Shown: piece after piece, positions 61,530 to 64,000 of the stretch
Layout: every line of letters starts with the position of its first letter
How positions within the stretch are numbered: position 1 is the first letter of the stretch
NCBI GenBank assembly: GCA_973895155.1
Contig: OZ316899.1
Location: 13,209,934 to 13,273,933, forward strand
DNA from: Marsupella aquatica
Lineage: Eukaryota > Plantae > Marchantiophyta
Direction of reading: 5' to 3'
Length of the DNA: 64,000 nt
Notes under the pieces: generated by a model
The model's database searches: none
The model's input: only the letters and a program-made list of their open reading frames with translations
What the model was told of the DNA's origin: nothing
Position numbers and translations under genes: made by a program

Positions 61530-61980
61530 GACTCGGGGCCGGGTGAAGGTTGGGTCGGGGAGGGCAGGTTGGGTGAAGAAAGGGTCGGGGAGGGTAGGTC
61601 GGGCGAAAAGGTTGGGGGGTGAAGGGTCGGTCGGGGAGGGGAGGTCGGGTGAAAGTGTCGGGGACTCGGGGGTGAAGGGTCTGGGAGGGGAGGTCAGGCA
61701 AAAAGGTCAAGACCTTGTGAAGGGTTGGTTGGGGAGGGGAGGTCGGGTGAAAGGGTCAGGGGTGAAGGGTCGGGGAGGGTAGGTCGGGCGAAAAGGTCGG
61801 GGCCTGGTGAAGGGTCGGTCGGGGAGGGTCGGTCGGGTGTTGGGTCGGGGAGGGGAGGTCGGGTGAAAGGGTTGGTGAAAGGGTCGGGTCGGGTCGGGTT
61901 GGGTCGGGTCTGGTTGGGTCGGGTCGGGTAGGGGAGGGTAGGTCGGGTGAAAGGGTCGAGGCCGGGTGGAGGGTCAGGCC
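61530..61980 (+). repeat. G-rich degenerate tandem array (GGGTC / GGGTGAA / GGGGAGGG units)
   Basis: Directly visible repeats, including a (GGGTC)n run near 61881-61930. Confidence 0.85.
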
Positions 61981-62199
61981 ATCTTGGTCGGGATATGCGG
62001 ATTAGGGTACTCCTTGTGTGGAGATGGCACTCCTTGTGTGGAGACCCAAATTCCATCACAGCCAGGTGACATACAGGGTGTGACCATGGACGTTGGAGTA
62101 GAAGTAGAACTCTCAGCTGCTGGGAGACCTATTCGGAAGGTGAAGAGTCGGGCCAGGGCAAGTGGTAGAGTGACAGCGGCAAAGAAGCGTAAAGCTGAT

Positions 62200-63391
62200 G
62201 CATAATTGAAAACTCATGCACATCCTGAGTATGTATTGTTCTCACCACAGCAAAATGAGTTGTGTGTAGGGTATGGAAAATTGTGCCCTTAGCAGATTAC
62301 ATTCCATTGCAAAGAAGTACCAACAGGGTATTCTGTAGTGTTGTTGACAAAGCTTGTGAAGCCAAAGACCCCTTTACCAGTTCCTAATTTGAATGATGAC
62401 CCGCCACAGACAACTATTGCAGATGCTTTGAACTCTTTGGTGTTGTGGCCAACAGATTACATAGGGACACCTGAAATGTGTGGTTTGTAGTTTTTTATAC
62501 TTAAAAACAGCTGCATGATTGGTGCCAAATGTTACCAAGATATTTCATAATGCAGAGTCAAATTGAGATTCACTAGATCATCCACTGATCATGTTGTGAC
62601 AACTTTGTTTGTATGAAATTATGCATGTGTGTTCAATAGTTAATATGAGTTCTAAGATTTGAATAGAACTATGTTGTCTCTCATGTTTTCATGTAAGACT
62701 TGTGTACTTGTATGCTTGAGTGCTTGAATGTATGCTTGTATGCTTGAGTTGATTATTAGTCATGGTTGTAGTGCTATGTGCAGGCTGCAATTGCCTCAGG
62801 TTGAGTCAAAATGTTGACCAAAAGGGTCAAAGAATGCAGTCGTGAACTAGACTAATGAGTCATTTTGGGTCATTAAGATATGACCGTGATATATTACATC
62901 GTGGTCCCCAATAAGACTAACCAGTCTAGCCCAATCTTAAGATTTTTAAGAATCATTAGTCATCTATAGTCATCATTGGTCACAAATGTGACCATATACT
63001 CTAAACTTTTAAGACCTACTAGTCATAATCAGTCGCTTGTGTTCCAATATTGAACCATAGCACCAATCATATATGCGAAAGGCTACTCTTCCTCACTGAC
63101 TGTGTGTGACTAATTCATACCTCATTTTGAGTCATGAAAATGACTACTTTGCAGTCACTTGTAAGACTACACCTTCTCCTAATCCCAAAATGCCCAAGTA
63201 CGGATTTGGTCATTATTAGTCACAAAATGTGTCTTAAACCCTAGTCACATAGCTGACCACTCGATTTCAGTCACTTTAAATAAGACGCTATGTCAAAATT
63301 ACGACTGGCTTGATACCCCCCAAACTTTAGTCACAAGGAGTCATGGGCAATCGTAAAACTTAGTCATAAAACACCCCGGTTTCTACTAGTG
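62200..63391 (+). mobile_element. CACTA (En/Spm) element 3' end: TnpA-like C-terminal remnant, subterminal repeats, TIR
   Basis: FHCKEVPTGYSVV...PLPVPN...TIADALNSLVLWP at ~62300-62460; many AGTCA/TGACT repeats at 62800-63370; TTTCTACTAGTG (reverse complement CACTAGTAGAAA) ending at 63391. Confidence 0.6.
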
Positions 63392-64000
63392 TTTTATGCC
63401 CTTTGGCTAATGAAGAAAACAAGTAGAAAGGTATGCCTTGTTTCAAATTGAAGTTTTGATTGGTTGTAGTGTTGTTTATGCTTCCTTCTATGTGATTGTT
63501 TTATAATTCTCATTATGTTTATTTTAAATGGAGGGATATGTGTGAATTCTTGTACACGTAGGCTTGGAGCCTCGGCTCAGCTTGGGATATTTTGTGCAAG
63601 AGCTTTCCATATTTCCTTAACAATGAGACATCATTTTTTGATGAAGCAAAATATTTTTGAGGATGGAGAAACTCATGTGCGTGTACCTGGAGCCTTGGCT
63701 CGGTATGTGATATTTCACATGTGTACGTGTCATGATTCCTTTAAAATATTTTCACTTCATAGATAAATGGTTGTTACATTATATATTTTCAAAAACTTAG
63801 GATGAAGTAGGGATGTAGGGGAGTATGAGAGATGGGGAAACTTTGTTGCGCAATCTTCGAGTTTCAACTCAGGTTGGGATAATTCAACAGAGTGTCCTAG
63901 TCTTTTATATTCGTCACAACCAAGAAATAAAAAAAGGAGAATAACAATCATATATATCTTGGGAAATGTGGTTGTTTAAGTTGCTCGTTATTTTGCTGGC

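Overview
This window is gene-free, TE-dense plant-type DNA, probably from a non-seed land plant such as a bryophyte (inferred from the TE lineages). It is made almost entirely of nested, mostly decayed transposons. Left block: an Athila-like, non-chromoviral Ty3/gypsy element (minus strand, <1-11765) sits in the 3' region of a Bianca-type Ty1/copia (11766-16973), which interrupts a third retroelement-like segment carrying an accessory ORF (16974-~21783). Middle block: a MULE/SWIM-like transposase pseudogene is split by a chromodomain Ty3/gypsy (26252-46511) with non-canonical AGT...ACT LTR ends. That chromovirus carries a complete PIF/Harbinger in its 3' LTR and a full Ty1/copia in its RNase H. 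Right block: an L1-clade LINE interrupted by a 4.7-kb TG...CA insert with a 5-bp TSD, then an inverted chromovirus LTR fragment, a G-rich array and a CACTA end. Main candidate novelty: giant (4.0-4.7 kb) LTRs that contain an entire ~880-1200-codon gene (conserved domain, coiled coil, basic tail), preceded by a TATA-like box. It is seen in both LTRs of the Athila-like element and in a separate, divergent solo LTR, so each solo LTR would be a self-contained gene cassette. All alignments and identities were judged by eye; no database searches were run.
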